Assembly (NCBI GenBank): GCA_964187785.1 | Contig: OZ076411.1 | Span: forward strand, 8,122,001-8,186,000 | Length of the DNA: 64,000 nucleotides | Source: Amphiscolops sp. MND2022 | Taxonomy: Eukaryota | Direction: 5' to 3' | In this document: positions 62,889 to 64,000 of the stretch, piece by piece | How positions within the stretch are numbered: position 1 is the stretch's first letter | Layout of the letters: each line of letters opens with the position of its first letter | Notes under the pieces: generated by a model | What the model was told of the DNA's origin: nothing | The model's input: the letters and a program-made list of their open reading frames with translations, nothing else | Databases searched by the model: none | Program-made: the position numbers and the translations under genes

Positions 62889-63700
62889 TTAAGGAGAACC
62901 TTTTTTGATGTCAACTGGTACGCTTGATATTCTCCTCAATTGGTATCTGGTACTTGGCATTGAGGCCTCCCAGAGCCCTCCGAAGTGAGGAGCACGTGGC
63001 GGAATCAGAATCCATTTCATGTTCAAGTTGGATGCTTCGGCTTGAAAGGAGTATGCGTGCTCATGTTTCAGAATATTCTGCAACGATTCAGTTTCAGATT
63101 TTGTACCTGCGAAGTTTGATCCGTTTTCAGTGTAAATCAAAGCTGGGCACCCTCGCCTGACAGTAGAGCGACATAGAGCAGCGATACAAGCTTGTGTTGT
63201 TAAATCTGAAATTGGTTCTAGTGCACTGCGCGACAAGCGAAGCAGAGAAAAAGAGCGATGTTTGCATTTAATGATTTTGTATGAGTTCCGTTACAAACGA
63301 AGGGACCTCCAAAGTGTATTCCCTCATATTGAAATACTTTCTTGGGCGTTCGATTATTCGCAATTTGGAAAGGTCTTTCATTAGGGGCAGGTTGGTTTTT
63401 GCTGTAAGTCGACTACACTTCGCACAACTGAGAATAATTTTTCTGAATTTACCACAACTGGCTGGTTCAAAAGTTTGTTCGGATTTGTACAAGGACTTGG
63501 TTTGCTCTTAGTCGTCAAAGTTGATACCTACCTCATCCTTGTAGAACAAACTTGGTTCCTGTTGTAGTAGGATGCACAGAGCTTCAGTCCTTTCATCAGA
63601 TGTTATAAAACTAGGAAATGTTTCATCTTCTCCTTTGAAATGAGAAAAAGCTGGCGCCCCACATGTCGCCAAGTATTATTCACAGGTTCCTGAACTTTAG
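62889..63700 (-). mobile_element. BEL/Pao retrotransposon integrase relic
   Basis: CIAALCRSTVRRGCPALIYTENGSNF…KWILIPPRAPHFGGLWE, with upstream CAKC…PLMKDL. Confidence 0.85.
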
Positions 63701-64000
63701 AAATTCTGTTCGCCACGAAAGTTGACCACTGACTAGGTTCCTTCAAAAACCAAGCTAAAACAACTGTTCAGTCTGTCATTGCGTGTTTTGACTGAGTTTT
63801 TTTATTTTCAGCTTTAAGAGACTTTTAACTATGGCGTCAAGAAGATTCACCCCTAATAGTGCAGCGCACAGTTCGAGTCGAAGAATGGATTGAGTTTTTA
63901 ATGGGGAAACCTTTGATTTACTAGTCATTAGGCTAGATGTAAGGTTTTCTTGTGTGTCACAAGAGACAACATAAACACAGGCTGCATAACTTTTATCCGA

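Overview
AT-rich eukaryotic (probably invertebrate animal; species not determinable here) genomic window with GT-AG introns and one 200-N gap (41877-42076). Left (1-11.3 kb): host genes on the minus strand, namely a spliced Pro/Ser-rich gene, intronless cyclin C and PUS10 packed head-to-tail, a FLYWCH/Mutator relic and a C2H2 zinc-finger gene. Middle (11-41 kb): a deeply nested TE pile. A ~1.7-kb segment is tandemly duplicated; one copy was hit by an 8-bp-TSD DNA transposon that contains a LINE fragment, a Helitron-like element and a dead 3-LTR Copia array with non-canonical TA...AA termini, and separately by a CR1-type LINE with a 4x in-frame internal repeat. A Gypsy relic follows. Right (42-61 kb), the most unusual part: a decayed multi-gene cassette reconstructed by hand-splicing. 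It holds a Suv4-20-like SET domain fused through introns to a tyrosine recombinase, a 3x zinc finger-JmjC (KDM2/7-like) gene, an intact 67-aa two-exon RING gene missed by the ORF track, an SGNH-like gene, and arrays of one ~20-bp motif in the introns that flips orientation toward the right end. This looks like a large cargo-carrying tyrosine-recombinase mobile element with its own chromatin writer, eraser and E3. Its termini could not be located. A BEL/Pao integrase relic ends the window.
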